Of a stretch of 64,000 nucleotides of DNA, positions 1 through 10,272 are shown in pieces; positions within the stretch are counted from its first letter, which is position 1; the number at the start of each line of letters is the position of its first letter. The DNA is from Actinomycetota bacterium. Its GTDB lineage: Bacteria > Actinomycetota > UBA4738 > HRBIN12. The notes beneath the pieces are model-generated. The model worked only from the letters and a program-made list of their open reading frames with translations. It was not told where the DNA came from and did not search any database. The stretch lies in the NCBI GenBank assembly GCA_038249195.1, contig JBBRWM010000004.1:138218-202217 (forward strand), given 5' to 3'. Made by a program: the position numbers and the translations under genes.

Positions 1-1152
1 GTCTACGCCTTGGTCGTCGGGGGCGTGGGCGCCGTCGTCGGCGCCCGCTCGACACCGGTCCTTTCGTTCGGCGCCGCGATGCTCGCCGCCGTGCTGTTCC
101 AACCCGTGCTCGTCCGCGCCCGACGCTTCGCCGACCGGGTCGTGTTCGGCAAGCGAGCCACGCCGTACGAGGTGCTATCGGAGTTCGGCGAACAGCTCTC
201 TGAGACCTACGCCGCGGACGACGTGCTGCCGCGGACCGCCCAGGTGCTCGGCGAGGGCCTGGGGGCAGACCGCGCCCGCGTATGGCTCCTGGAGGGCGGC
301 GCGTTGCGTATCGTGGCTACCTGGCCTGTGGACGACCCCGACCCTACGCGGCCCGACAGCATCCGCACCGACGTTCGACACCGAGGCGAGCCCCTCGGGG
401 CGCTGTCCGTGGCCATGCCGGCCAACGACCCGATGGACCCGGGCAAGGAGAAGTTGATGGCCGACCTGGCAGCGCACGCCGGGCTCGTGTTGCGCAACGT
501 CCGGCTGCTGGAGGACCTTCGGAGCTCCCGCCGACGGCTGGTTGCCGCCCAGGACGAGGAGCGCAGGAAGCTCGAACGCAACATCCACGATGGCGCGCAG
601 CAGCAACTGGTGGCGCTGGCGGTGAAGGCGCGGCTCGCACGGCAACTCGCCACGCGCGATCCGGATGCGGCGGCCGCCATGCTGGAACAGATCGAGGCCG
701 AGACCCAGCGGGCACTCGAGGACCTTCGCGACCTCGCCCGCGGGATCTACCCCCCGCTGCTCGCCGACCAGGGGCTCGCCGACGCCCTCCGGGCCCAGGC
801 GCGCAAGGTTCCGGTCCCGGTGGACGTCGAGGCGGAGGGGATCGGCCGCTACCCGCAGGAGACCGAGGCGGCCGTGTACTTCTCGGTCCTCGAAGCGCTG
901 CAGAACGTCGCGAAGTACGCCGGCGCCTCGCGCGCCTGGATCGAGTTGCGCGAGGATGGCGGGATGTTGACCTTCGAGGCGCACGATGACGGGCAGGGGT
1001 TCGATCCGGCTGCCACCGGGTACGGAACAGGGTTGCAAGGGATGGCCGACCGGCTCGCGGCGCTGGAGGGCCACGTGGAGGTGTCTTCATCGCACGGCGA
1101 AGGGACGATCGTGCGCGGTCGGATCCCCATCCAGCGGGCGGCGGCCGTCTGA
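1..1152 (+). CDS. Sensor histidine kinase, 5'-partial (GAF-like N-terminal region, HisKA_3 dimerisation/H-box, HATPase_c)
   Basis: The track ORF 10..1152 stays open to the window start in the same frame. The H-box 'NIHDGAQQQLVAL' is typical of NarL-type (HisKA_3) kinases. The C-terminal ATPase region shows 'HDDGQGFDP...GYGTGLQGMADRLAAL'. Confidence 0.8.
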   Translation, partial: VYALVVGGVGAVVGARSTPVLSFGAAMLAAVLFQPVLVRARRFADRVVFGKRATPYEVLSEFGEQLSETYAADDVLPRTAQVLGEGLGADRARVWLLEGGALRIVATWPVDDPDPTRPDSIRTDVRHRGEPLGALSVAMPANDPMDPGKEKLMADLAAHAGLVLRNVRLLEDLRSSRRRLVAAQDEERRKLERNIHDGAQQQLVALAVKARLARQLATRDPDAAAAMLEQIEAETQRALEDLRDLARGIYPPLLADQGLADALRAQARKVPVPVDVEAEGIGRYPQETEAAVYFSVLEALQNVAKYAGASRAWIELREDGGMLTFEAHDDGQGFDPAATGYGTGLQGMADRLAALEGHVEVSSSHGEGTIVRGRIPIQRAAAV

Positions 1153-1367
1153 TGCCGGCCCCAACGTCCACGCGGCCGAAGACCTTGTTCCGCAAGGTCG
1201 AACGTGCATCGGTGGGGTTCCTGATGGCGATCATGGCCTGGGCCCTGGAGAGGATCGTGATGCGCGGGATCCGCAAGGAGGGCGGCGATCCGAAGCATCC
1301 GTCGGCGGCGGAGACCACGTCGATCACCACCAAGGGCGGCGACATCGACTTCGAGCCGGAGCTATAG
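1152..1367 (+). CDS. Small hypothetical protein (71 aa) with one amphipathic/hydrophobic helix
   Basis: Its ATG overlaps the histidine kinase stop (TGATG), which suggests translational coupling. There is no recognisable domain and high GC content means it could be a chance ORF. Confidence 0.35.
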   Translation: MPAPTSTRPKTLFRKVERASVGFLMAIMAWALERIVMRGIRKEGGDPKHPSAAETTSITTKGGDIDFEPEL

Positions 1368-1375
1368 CCTGCGGT

Positions 1376-3472
1376 TCAATGCTTGCGGATGACGTCCACG
1401 AGCATGGCCAGCGTGAGGGCGGCGCCGGCCACGCCGAACGCGACGGGGACCCATGTGGGGGCTTTGTCCGAAACGGCGGTCAGGCCGCTCGCCAGCACCG
1501 CCGCGCCGGCCGTCAATGCGAGCGCCAAGCGACGGCCGGCTCGCCGGATCGTGGCCTCCAGGGAGGTCGCGCGGAAGTTGACCTCGAGCTTCTGGCCCGG
1601 GCGCGCGCCGATCAGCCGCTCGACGGCCTCGATCACGCGCATGCCGCGGACCTTGAACTTCTGTGTTTGATAGAAGAGCGCCTTGGGGTCGAGCTTGCCG
1701 CCCATCTCCTTGAAGACGCTCCGCATCAGGAACGAACCGGCCACGTCGAACGGGTCCAGGTCCGGGTCCAGCGCGGCCGTGGCGAGCTGCATCTGCGCGA
1801 GGGCCTTGCCTGTGAGGGTCAGGGACGCCGGGAGGGGCACGCCGTGGCGCAGCGAGATCTCGGTCATCTCTTGCAAGATCGGCCCGAGTTGGATGTCCGC
1901 GAGGTTGGCCGTGCGGTACCGCGCCATCAGCTCGCCGATCTCGGCCTGGAACGCGTCGACGTCCAGGTCGTTGCGGTCGATCGCGCCCGCCAACATCAAC
2001 GTGACGTCCGTGAGGAATCCCACGTCGGACTGCCAGAACGCCATGAGCAGCAGCATCAGCTGCTCACGCATCTGCGCGCCGACCTCGCCCACCATCCCGA
2101 AGTCGAGGAAGTAGATCCGGTCGTTCCACCACATGAGGTTGCCGGGATGCGGGTCGGCGTGGAAGAAGCCGTCGACCAGGATCTGCTTGTAGTAGCTCTC
2201 CAGGAGCTGGCGCGCCGCCTCGCTCCGCGCCATACCCTCGGGCGCCTGCGCGATCGGGATCCCCTGGATCTCCTGCATCACGAGCAGGCGTGACGTGGAC
2301 AGCTCCCCGTGGACATCGGGAACGTCGAGCCGCGGGAAGCTCTCGATCACCCCGCGCATCCGCTCGATGTTGGCAGCCTCCTGACGGAAGTCCAACTCGC
2401 GGTGTAGGGACGAGGAGAGGTGCTCGAACACCGCGCCCATGTCGATCACCTGGTTCAAGCCGGGCCGGGCGCTCACCTTCTCGGCGAAGAGCTCGAGCAG
2501 GGCCAGGTCTTGCTCGATCTCCTCGCGGGCGTTGGGTCGCTGAACCTTCACCACCACGCGTTCGTGGTTCGCGAGCGTGGCGCGGTGGACCTCCGCGATC
2601 GTGCCCGCGGCCAGCGGTTTCGGATCGATGGATACGAACACGTCCTCCCACGGAACGCCGAGCTCCTGTTCCATCACCTCGACGACGGAGGCTTCGGACA
2701 ACGGCGTGACGTGGTCTTGCAGGGTGGCGAGCTCCTCGATGAACTCAGGCGGCAGCAGATCGGGACGGGTCGACAGCACCTGGCCGAGCTTGGCGAACGT
2801 CGGACCCAGCTCCTCGAGTGCCGATCGCAGACGCTTGGCCTGCCGCGCTCGCCCCACCGAGCCCTCGTCGTCGGCTCGCCCGAACAGTTCCTTGGCCCCG
2901 TGTCTGGCGAAGACGGCGGCGATGTGGGAACCGCGGGCCGTGAGACGCGGTTGCACGCTCTGGCGGTCCTCCACGCTGCTGCGGATCACGGTGGGGCGGG
3001 GAGAGCCCGCGGTTCCCGGTTTGCCGTTGGCGCCGATCGTGTTCACGATGATCACGGTGCAGCGGGCGTTGTGGCTGATGCGGTTGGGGACGTTCCCGAG
3101 CAGGAACTCCTTGCGGCCGGCCATGCCGGCGTTGCCCACCACCAGCACGTCGATGGCCTGAGATTCGGCCGCGCTCACGATGGCCATGGCGGGATCGTCG
3201 GCGATCACGACGTGCGCGTGTCCGCGGTCGCCGGCGATCGCTCGGGCATGGTGCTCGAGCTCATCGGCCGCACGCGTGCCTTCGGCCGCGCCGTACTGGG
3301 TCACCCCGGGGTTCTGGGGCAGCACGACCTGCACGACGTGCAGTTCGGCGCCGAAGCGCTCGGCGAATTCCGCCGCCCACCGCACGGCGCGTTCGGCGGT
3401 CTCCGATCGATCCGTGCCGACCATCACGCGGTCGACGGGGCCCATCACCTCGGGTGCGGATGCACGACTCAT
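1376..3472 (-). CDS. Fusion protein: N-terminal universal stress protein (UspA) domain + ABC1/UbiB-family atypical kinase + C-terminal transmembrane helices
   Basis: The Usp motifs are 'VMVGTDRSETAERAVRWAAEFAERFGAELHVVQVV' and 'VLVVGNAGMAGRKEFLLGNVPNRISHNARCTVIIV'. The ABC1 signature is 'LGPTFAKLGQVLSTRPDLLPPEFIEELATLQDHV'. The start was moved to internal Met43 (ATGAGTCGTGCATCC) so the CDS does not run over the tRNA. The C-terminus is hydrophobic. Confidence 0.8.
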   Translation of the reverse strand: MSRASAPEVMGPVDRVMVGTDRSETAERAVRWAAEFAERFGAELHVVQVVLPQNPGVTQYGAAEGTRAADELEHHARAIAGDRGHAHVVIADDPAMAIVSAAESQAIDVLVVGNAGMAGRKEFLLGNVPNRISHNARCTVIIVNTIGANGKPGTAGSPRPTVIRSSVEDRQSVQPRLTARGSHIAAVFARHGAKELFGRADDEGSVGRARQAKRLRSALEELGPTFAKLGQVLSTRPDLLPPEFIEELATLQDHVTPLSEASVVEVMEQELGVPWEDVFVSIDPKPLAAGTIAEVHRATLANHERVVVKVQRPNAREEIEQDLALLELFAEKVSARPGLNQVIDMGAVFEHLSSSLHRELDFRQEAANIERMRGVIESFPRLDVPDVHGELSTSRLLVMQEIQGIPIAQAPEGMARSEAARQLLESYYKQILVDGFFHADPHPGNLMWWNDRIYFLDFGMVGEVGAQMREQLMLLLMAFWQSDVGFLTDVTLMLAGAIDRNDLDVDAFQAEIGELMARYRTANLADIQLGPILQEMTEISLRHGVPLPASLTLTGKALAQMQLATAALDPDLDPFDVAGSFLMRSVFKEMGGKLDPKALFYQTQKFKVRGMRVIEAVERLIGARPGQKLEVNFRATSLEATIRRAGRRLALALTAGAAVLASGLTAVSDKAPTWVPVAFGVAGAALTLAMLVDVIRKH

Positions 3473-3602
3473 GCGCGCATCATGACGGGTAGCGGGGATC
3501 TGAGGAAGGGTGGGCGCCAGTGGACGAGATGCGTTCCTTCGCCACCTCTGCGGGGTGCTGACACCACCCCCGATGAGGCCCTTGATACGCTGGCCCACCC
3601 CC

Positions 3603-3674
3603 GCCGGAGTAGCTCAGGGGCAGAGCAACCGCCTCGTAAGTGGTAGGTCGTGGGTTCGAATCCCACCTCCGGCT
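3603..3674 (+). tRNA. tRNA-Thr (anticodon CGT)
   Basis: Cloverleaf read by hand. The acceptor GCCGGAG pairs with CTCCGGC. D-arm is GCTC...GAGC. The anticodon stem is ACCGC/GTGGT with loop CTCGTAA (anticodon CGU). T-arm is GTGGG TTCGAAT CCCAC. Discriminator is T. Confidence 0.9.
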
Positions 3675-3724
3675 CGTTCGTGATCGCTCCGAAGGGTCTC
3701 GTGCTATTGCTAGACTCCGCCGCG

Positions 3725-4399
3725 ATGAAGATCCGTCGCCGATCTCTCGCCGTCCTGATGGGTTCCGCCTCGATCCTCGTTCTGACGTCGTCCGCTGCAT
3801 GGGCCCAGACCCCCGTGAATCCTTCGACCACGCCGGTCGAGAATCCGGCGGGATCGGGGCCGATCACACCGTTCGGGATCCACACGAGTTTCGCGGCGCT
3901 GCTCGGTCTGCTCGGGCTGGTCGTGGCCGTGATGGTCGTGTTCCTGTATCTGCGATACGCGCCCCATTTCGCCAAGGACGAGGAGTCGTTGAAGGTCGTG
4001 CGCGCGGATCGAGTGTGGCTGGGGCAGGAACTTCCCAGGCGCAACGTCGATCTTTCCCAGGCGAGCCCGGTCCTCGTAGCTCCCCCCGCCATCCCCAGCG
4101 CGGTGGCCGTCCCGTCGCTGCCCGCCCCCGCCGCGGCGCCCGCCCCGGCCGCTGCAGCGCCGGCAAGCCCCGCCCCCGCCGCCGCGGACACCGCCCAGGC
4201 ACCGGCCGCCGAAGCGGCCCCGGCCCCCGCGCCGTCCGCCGCCCCCGCCGAGCGTGTCGAGGTTGTCTTGGACCAGGAGGTCTTCGACGCGACCCTCGAG
4301 GAGCTCCTCGCCGCCGGCACGGACCGCCGCATCGCCGAAGGTAAGGCGAAGCGAGCGGGCATGATCGCGGCCAAGAAGAAGGCGGCGGGCGGGGCCTGA
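3725..4399 (+). CDS. Secreted/membrane-anchored Ala/Pro-rich low-complexity protein
   Basis: It has an N-terminal signal peptide 'MKIRRRSLAVLMGSASILVLTSSAAWAQ' and a TM helix 'LLGLLGLVVAVMVVFLYL'. A long A/P-rich tract and a basic C-terminal tail follow. The start was chosen at the internal Met to avoid overlapping the tRNA. Confidence 0.5.
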   Translation: MKIRRRSLAVLMGSASILVLTSSAAWAQTPVNPSTTPVENPAGSGPITPFGIHTSFAALLGLLGLVVAVMVVFLYLRYAPHFAKDEESLKVVRADRVWLGQELPRRNVDLSQASPVLVAPPAIPSAVAVPSLPAPAAAPAPAAAAPASPAPAAADTAQAPAAEAAPAPAPSAAPAERVEVVLDQEVFDATLEELLAAGTDRRIAEGKAKRAGMIAAKKKAAGGA

Positions 4400-4413
4400 G
4401 CCTCGCGCCTCCT

Positions 4414-5487
4414 ATGGACGCCGCCGCTCACGTCGACTGGTCCATGGGCTCGGCGGCGGCCCGACTCGCCGACTGGGACACGGCGCTGCAGATCGGTCGC
4501 AAGGTCTCGGGGCCGGGGCCGGGCGTTCCGGCCGTGGAGCGGGCGCGGATGCGCGAAGACTTCGCCGAACTGGTGCCGCACGCGGAGGATCTGATCAAGA
4601 CGTTCTGCGGGCTGGAGGTCGGTGGGTTCCGGTCCCGCGCCTGGGTCATGGCGCGCAGCGAATGGATGCGCCAGAACCTCAACGGCGTCCAGCGCCTGTT
4701 GGAGCCGCTCGCGGAGCGCGTGCTCGCCGACCAGAAACATCGCGCAGAGTACAAGCGCAAGGCGATGGGCGCGCAGGCGGGTGCGCTGTTCGGCTACGTC
4801 GCGCGTCGCGTGCTGGGCCAGTACGACGTCTTCTTGCCACCCGATGACGAGGGGCTCTTGTACTTCGTCGGGCCCAACGTCGCGGAGGTCGAGCGACAGT
4901 TCTCGCTCCCGCAGCGCGACTTCCGGCTCTGGATCGCGATCCACGAGGTGACGCACCGGGTGCAGTTCGGAGCCGCGCCGTGGCTGAAGGCCTACCTCGC
5001 GGGACTGGTCGACACCTACATCGCCTCGATCTCTCTGGATTCGCGGGAGCTGATGGATCAGCTGAAGCGCGCCGCCGAAGAGGCTCGGGCGGGCGCCGAC
5101 GTGCGCGGGATGGGCGGGGTGTTCCTCCTGCTCAGTCCCGACCAGCGCGAGCTCTTCGTGCGGATGCAGGGGATGATGGCCTTGCTGGAAGGGCACGCCT
5201 CGTACGTCATGAACGAGGTGGCGCGCGAGCACGTCGCGGACGTCGATCGGATGCGCCGGTCGCTGGCCGCGCGCCGTCGCTCGAACGTCGCGGAGCGGAC
5301 GCTGCAACGCGCGATCGGCTTCGACCAGAAGATCAAGCAGTACGACATCGGGGAGCGTTTCGTTCGGGAGGTCGTGTCCCGAGCGGGCATGGAGACGTTC
5401 AATCAGGTGTGGCGTTCCTCCGACCGGCTCCCCTCCGTCGAGGAGATCGCCGAGCCGGACCGCTGGCTCACCCGCATCGAGGGATAG
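4414..5487 (+). CDS. Zinc-dependent metalloprotease-like protein (DUF2342 / F420-biosynthesis-associated hydrolase family)
   Basis: An HExxH motif 'IHEVTHRVQFGAAPW' is present. The gene sits immediately upstream of tilS, matching the conserved mycobacterial Rv3626c position. Confidence 0.75.
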   Translation: MDAAAHVDWSMGSAAARLADWDTALQIGRKVSGPGPGVPAVERARMREDFAELVPHAEDLIKTFCGLEVGGFRSRAWVMARSEWMRQNLNGVQRLLEPLAERVLADQKHRAEYKRKAMGAQAGALFGYVARRVLGQYDVFLPPDDEGLLYFVGPNVAEVERQFSLPQRDFRLWIAIHEVTHRVQFGAAPWLKAYLAGLVDTYIASISLDSRELMDQLKRAAEEARAGADVRGMGGVFLLLSPDQRELFVRMQGMMALLEGHASYVMNEVAREHVADVDRMRRSLAARRRSNVAERTLQRAIGFDQKIKQYDIGERFVREVVSRAGMETFNQVWRSSDRLPSVEEIAEPDRWLTRIEG

Positions 5488-5490
5488 CCC

Positions 5491-6486
5491 GTGCGCCGTC
5501 CTCCGGCGGTGGCCCGGGTCCTGGAACGGGTGACCCTCACGGCCCGCGCGCACGACCTCTTCATCCCCGGTCGCACCGTGCTCGTCGCGGTGTCGGGAGG
5601 TCCGGATTCGATGTGCTTGCTCGAGTCGCTCGCCCGGCTCCGCAGGCTCTTCGGATATCGCCTCGCCGTCGCGCATGTTGACCACCGATTGCGCCCGGGC
5701 TCCGCGGTGGACGCGGCGTACGTCCGCCGTCGGGCGGGCCGGCTCGGGTTGCCCTTCCATCTCCACGTCGCCTCGAGCGGGCCGGCGCCGGGAGCGTCCG
5801 TGGAGGCTTGGGCGCGAGACGTCCGCAGGGGGGCGCTCGCTCGATTCGCGCGGGACCTCGATGCGGGTGGCATCGCACTGGGTCACACGCGGGACGACCA
5901 AGCCGAGACGGTGTTGCTGAACCTCCTCACCGGGTCCGGACTCGGCGGCCTCGCCGGCATCCGGTACGCGTCGGGCCCCTGGGTCGATCCGCTCCTCGAC
6001 GTGACGCGGACCGAGGTCATGGCGTTCTGCCGCTCGCTCGGGCTCCGCCCCCGCCGCGATCCGACCAACGACGACCGGCGATTCCTGCGGAACGCCCTGC
6101 GACTGGACGGGATGCCGGCGCTCGAACGGGCGCTCGGCCGCGGCCTCCGGGAGCCGCTCGCGCGGACCGCGGCGGTGCTCGCGGAGGATGCCGACGAGCT
6201 CGCCCGACAGGCAAGCGTGGCCGCGGAGTACGTGGTCACCCACACCCTCGAGGGAGCCGACCTTCACGCCGTGGGTTTGCTCGACCTCCCGCGCGCGCTG
6301 TCGGCACGGGCGGCGGCTCAGGCCGTGTACGTGTGCGGGGGCGTCTGCACGCGTGCCGATGTCGAAGCGATCTTGGATCTTGCAGGCGGGCGGTCGGGCC
6401 GAAAGCGCGATCTTTCCGGCGGCGTGCAGGCGCGGCGCGGTCGCACGCTCGTGCACCTCGTGGCCTCGTTAGACTCCGGGCCTTAG
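5491..6486 (+). CDS. tilS: tRNA(Ile)-lysidine synthetase
   Basis: The PP-loop 'VLVAVSGGPDSMCLL' is present. It uses a GTG start and lies upstream of hpt and ftsH as in other actinobacteria. Confidence 0.9.
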   Translation: MRRPPAVARVLERVTLTARAHDLFIPGRTVLVAVSGGPDSMCLLESLARLRRLFGYRLAVAHVDHRLRPGSAVDAAYVRRRAGRLGLPFHLHVASSGPAPGASVEAWARDVRRGALARFARDLDAGGIALGHTRDDQAETVLLNLLTGSGLGGLAGIRYASGPWVDPLLDVTRTEVMAFCRSLGLRPRRDPTNDDRRFLRNALRLDGMPALERALGRGLREPLARTAAVLAEDADELARQASVAAEYVVTHTLEGADLHAVGLLDLPRALSARAAAQAVYVCGGVCTRADVEAILDLAGGRSGRKRDLSGGVQARRGRTLVHLVASLDSGP

Positions 6487-7037
6487 TGGATGTCTACGCC
6501 CCCGACATCGAGCAGGTGCTGATCTCTGAATCGGAGATCCAGGCGAAGCTCGCGGAGATGGGCGCGCGCATCACCGAGGACTACGCAGGCGCTTCATTGC
6601 TCCTGGTGGGCGTGCTCAAAGGCGCGTTCGTGGTGATGGCGGACCTCGCGCGCACCATCGCCCTGCCGCTGGAGTTCGACTTCATGGCCGTCTCGTCCTA
6701 TGGCGCCGCCACCAAGACCTCCGGGGTGGTGCGGATCATGAAGGATCTCGACCACGATCTGGACGGGCGCGACGTTCTGCTGGTCGAGGACATCGTGGAC
6801 TCGGGTCTCACGCTCAAATACCTGCTGAAGAACCTCGCCGGCAGGAAGCCCCGCACGTTGGAGGTGGCCGCTTTGTTGCGCAAGAAGGGGATCCAGCAGG
6901 TCGAACTCGACCTGCGGTACGTGGGGTTCGACATCCCGAATGAGTTCGTGGTGGGCTACGGTCTCGACTATTCGGAGCGGTACCGCAATCTTCCCTACGT
7001 CGGTACGCTCCGCCCCGAGGCATACGGCGGACGGTGA
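6486..7037 (+). CDS. hpt: Hypoxanthine-guanine phosphoribosyltransferase
   Basis: The PRPP-binding motif 'VLLVEDIVDSGLTL' is present. The GTG start overlaps the tilS TAG stop (TAGTG). The protein is 183 aa. Confidence 0.85.
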   Translation: MDVYAPDIEQVLISESEIQAKLAEMGARITEDYAGASLLLVGVLKGAFVVMADLARTIALPLEFDFMAVSSYGAATKTSGVVRIMKDLDHDLDGRDVLLVEDIVDSGLTLKYLLKNLAGRKPRTLEVAALLRKKGIQQVELDLRYVGFDIPNEFVVGYGLDYSERYRNLPYVGTLRPEAYGGR

Positions 7038-7084
7038 GCCGGGGCCGGGAAACCTTCGGCGTGTCGTTCGACGTCCAAGCTCCC

Positions 7085-7471
7085 ATGTTCGCGCGGTTCA
7101 TGTCGATGATCGTCGTGGCCACCCTGATGCTCGGTGCCTGCCGGAGCCCGGCGCAGGCGCCCGCCGCCCAGTCGGGCGTGGAGGGGACCGTCACGTACGG
7201 GCCGACGTGTCCCGTGGCCCGAGCCGGGTCGCCCTGCCCCCCGCGGCCTTGGCAGGGGACCGTGCGGGCGCTCGGGCTCGACGGCGTCACCGTGCGGGGA
7301 ACGGTCGCAACCGATAAGGCGGGCGTGTTCAAGATGGACCTGCCGCCGGGCGGCTACTTCATCACGCCCGTCACCCCCGAGGGTCCGCCCACCACGAAGC
7401 TGCGCCGCCTGAGCGTCATGGCGGGCGCCTACACGTCGGTAGAGCTGAGCGTCGATACCGGCATCCGCTGA
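7085..7471 (+). CDS. Putative lipoprotein
   Basis: It has a signal peptide with the lipobox 'MSMIVVATLMLGAC'. A Gly/Pro/Thr-rich beta-type domain follows. No named family was recognised. Confidence 0.5.
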   Translation: MFARFMSMIVVATLMLGACRSPAQAPAAQSGVEGTVTYGPTCPVARAGSPCPPRPWQGTVRALGLDGVTVRGTVATDKAGVFKMDLPPGGYFITPVTPEGPPTTKLRRLSVMAGAYTSVELSVDTGIR

Positions 7472-7506
7472 GCGGCAGCCGTCGCGAGGACCGGTGTTAC
7501 CATCGC

Positions 7507-9543
7507 TTGGGCTCGGGCGCCGCGCGCGTTCGGCCCGACGCATCTGCGCCACCGACCGTCACGCGCGCCCAGGGCAAGGAGGCCCCCCTGAGCAGCACAC
7601 CGCCGCGTTCGCCCCTGTCGCGAGTCGGCAGAGCCCCGACCATCTGGATCATCGTGGGGACCCTGGTCTTCCTCCTCGTGCTCTCCTTCATGAGTCGCTC
7701 GGGCTCGACCACGGATCTGAAGTTCTCGGATTTCCAGCAGCAGCTCGCGGACGGCAAGGTGGCGACCGCGCAGATCCTGGAGGGCGACCAGAAGGTGGCG
7801 GGGAAGCTGCAGGACGGGACCAGCTACACGACCACGTATCTCGCCGAGTACGCCGATGAGTTACAGGCCCAGCTGGACAAGGCCGGCGTGCCCAACTCCA
7901 CGGACGCGCAGCGCCCCAACCAGTGGATCAGCACGTTCATCACGGTCCTCCTGCCTGTGATCCTCATCGGCGGCCTCCTGTTCTGGTTCATGCAGCGGAC
8001 GCAGGCGGGGGGCGGCCGGGTCATGCAGTTCGGGCGGAGCAAGCACAAGGTGGTGAACAAGGATCAGCCGCAGACCACGTTCGCCGACGTGGCGGGGGTC
8101 GACGAAGCCGTCGAGGAACTCGAGGAGATCAAGGACTTCCTCCAAGACCCGTCGAAGTTCCAGGCGATGGGAGCGAAGATCCCGCGCGGCGTGCTGCTGT
8201 TCGGCCCTCCCGGGACGGGCAAGACCCTGCTCGCCCGCGCGGTGGCGGGTGAGGCAGGCGCTCCGTTCTTCCAGATCAGCGGGTCGGACTTCGTCGAGAT
8301 GTTCGTCGGGGTCGGGGCGGCACGCGTGCGCGACCTCTTCGAGCAGGCCAAGGCCAGCGCACCCGCCATCGTGTTCATCGACGAGATCGACGCGGTGGGG
8401 CGCCAGCGCGGCACCGGGATGGGCGGCGGTCACGACGAGCGCGAGCAGACGCTGAACCAACTCCTGGTCGAGATGGACGGGTTCGACCAGCGCAGCACGG
8501 TGATCCTCATGGCGGCGACCAACCGACCCGACATCTTGGACCCGGCGTTGCTGCGTCCCGGCCGCTTCGACCGCCAGGTCATGATCGACCGACCAGACCT
8601 GGAAGGGCGCAAGGCGATCCTGCGCGTCCACGCGAAAGGCAAGCCGTTCGACCGAAGCGTCGACCTCGACGTGCTCGCGCGGCGCACGCCCGGATTCACG
8701 GGGGCAGATCTCGCCAACGCGATCAACGAGGCGGCGCTGCTGGCCGCGCGTCGGAACAAGCGGGCGATCACGATGGCGGAGATCGAGGAGGCCGTCGACC
8801 GGGTGATGGCGGGTCCCGAGCGCAAGACGAGGGTCATGGACGAGCAGGAACGGCGGTTGATCGCGTATCACGAAGGGGGACACGCCATGGTCGCCCATGT
8901 CTTGCCGAACACCGACGAGGTCCACAAGATCACGGTCATCCCGCGGGGGCGCGCACTCGGCTACACCCTCACGCTTCCCGAGCAGGACAAGTTCCTGATG
9001 ACGCGCGAGCAGCTGCGCGACGAGCTCGCCATGCTGATGGGCGGGCGCGTCGCCGAGGAGATCGTGGCGGGCGACGTCACCACGGGCGCCGGGAACGACA
9101 TCGAGCGCGCCACAAAGGTCGCCCGGCAGATGGTGACCGAGTACGGGATGTCCGACATCATCGGTCCGCGGACGCTCGGCGTGAAGCAAGGCGAGGTCTT
9201 CCTCGGCCGCGACTGGGGATCCACACCGGACTACTCGGACGCGGTCGCGTTCGAGATCGATACCGAGGTCCGTCAGCTGATCGATGAGGCGCACGATGTC
9301 GCCCTCGACATCCTCAGCGAGCATCGCGACAAGCTCGATGCCCTCGCCAAGATCCTCGTCGAGAAGGAGACGCTGGATCGGGACGAGGTGGTCTCGTTCT
9401 TCTCCGACGTCGCGCGTCGGGAGCCTCGTCCGTCGGAGGAGCGCGGTCACTCGCTGGCGGTGAGCCGTCGGGCCATGCGAACCCCCAAGACGCGGCCCTC
9501 GTCGCCGGGCACCCTCGGGGATCCGGGACTCGCCCCCGCGTGA
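7507..9543 (+). CDS. ftsH: ATP-dependent zinc metalloprotease FtsH
   Basis: It has an N-terminal TM region. The Walker A is '[19 protein letters not shown]', the SRH region is '[19 protein letters not shown]', and the HExxH motif is 'HEGGHAMV'. The start codon (TTG at 7507 in the track) is uncertain. The C-terminal tail is extended. Confidence 0.9.
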   Translation: MGSGAARVRPDASAPPTVTRAQGKEAPLSSTPPRSPLSRVGRAPTIWIIVGTLVFLLVLSFMSRSGSTTDLKFSDFQQQLADGKVATAQILEGDQKVAGKLQDGTSYTTTYLAEYADELQAQLDKAGVPNSTDAQRPNQWISTFITVLLPVILIGGLLFWFMQRTQAGGGRVMQFGRSKHKVVNKDQPQTTFADVAGVDEAVEELEEIKDFLQDPSKFQAMGAKIPRGVLLFGPPGTGKTLLARAVAGEAGAPFFQISGSDFVEMFVGVGAARVRDLFEQAKASAPAIVFIDEIDAVGRQRGTGMGGGHDEREQTLNQLLVEMDGFDQRSTVILMAATNRPDILDPALLRPGRFDRQVMIDRPDLEGRKAILRVHAKGKPFDRSVDLDVLARRTPGFTGADLANAINEAALLAARRNKRAITMAEIEEAVDRVMAGPERKTRVMDEQERRLIAYHEGGHAMVAHVLPNTDEVHKITVIPRGRALGYTLTLPEQDKFLMTREQLRDELAMLMGGRVAEEIVAGDVTTGAGNDIERATKVARQMVTEYGMSDIIGPRTLGVKQGEVFLGRDWGSTPDYSDAVAFEIDTEVRQLIDEAHDVALDILSEHRDKLDALAKILVEKETLDRDEVVSFFSDVARREPRPSEERGHSLAVSRRAMRTPKTRPSSPGTLGDPGLAPA

Positions 9544-9559
9544 TCTCGGACGGCCGATC

Positions 9560-10225
9560 GTGACGGACGAGCGGTGGGCCACGTTCGACTGCTACGGCAC
9601 CCTGGTCGACTGGTTCGGCGGCGTGCGCACGACGGTGGCCCGACTCTGGCCGGAGGCCGACGCCGACCTGCTCCTGGCCGACTATCACGAGATCGAACCC
9701 ACCGTCCAGGCCCGGCGCGGCGTTGCCTATCGGCAGGTGATGGCGGAGGCTCTCGCCGGCGTCGCGGAGGCCGCCGCGCTCGAGATCCCCGATGGGGGAT
9801 CGGATGCCCTCGCGGTCGGGTTGCCGGCGTGGCCCGTCTTCCCCGAAGTGCCCGGAATCTTGCGTGAGCTCCGAGGGCGGGGATGGATGCTCGGGATCTT
9901 GTCGAATACGGACGCCGACCTTCTCCAGGCGTCGCTGGACGCCATCGGGGTCGCGGTTGACGTGCGCATCGTGGCTTCGGAGGTCGGCAGCTACAAACCG
10001 GCGTTCGCTCACTGGGAGGCGTTCTTCGAGGGCACGCGGGCCGACCGCGCGCGGCACGTGCATGTCGCGGCGTCGTTGTTCCACGACGTCGAGCCGTGCG
10101 CGCAGCTCGGCCTTCCGTGCGTCTGGATCAACCGGCGCCGCGAGACCAGTCGGTTGCCACGCGCGGGGGAGCTGGCCGACCTGCGGGCGCTCCCCGACAC
10201 CCTCGAGGCGCTGGTTCCGACGTAG
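9560..10225 (+). CDS. HAD-superfamily hydrolase (haloacid dehalogenase type II-like)
   Basis: The N-terminal motif is 'ATFDCYGTLVDW' (DxYGT). Downstream HAD motifs are 'ILSNTD' and a conserved Lys region. Confidence 0.75.
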   Translation: MTDERWATFDCYGTLVDWFGGVRTTVARLWPEADADLLLADYHEIEPTVQARRGVAYRQVMAEALAGVAEAAALEIPDGGSDALAVGLPAWPVFPEVPGILRELRGRGWMLGILSNTDADLLQASLDAIGVAVDVRIVASEVGSYKPAFAHWEAFFEGTRADRARHVHVAASLFHDVEPCAQLGLPCVWINRRRETSRLPRAGELADLRALPDTLEALVPT

Positions 10226-10272
10226 CCGATCCCTTCACGCCCCGGGCCCGTCCGCTCTACACTCGTGCGGGC

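Noticed and set aside
3469-6456. 995-aa minus-strand ORF covering the DUF2342, tilS and hpt region
   Set aside because: It overlaps three well-supported plus-strand genes over its whole length. The translation is Arg/Ala/Pro-rich low complexity, as expected for antisense frames at ~70% GC.
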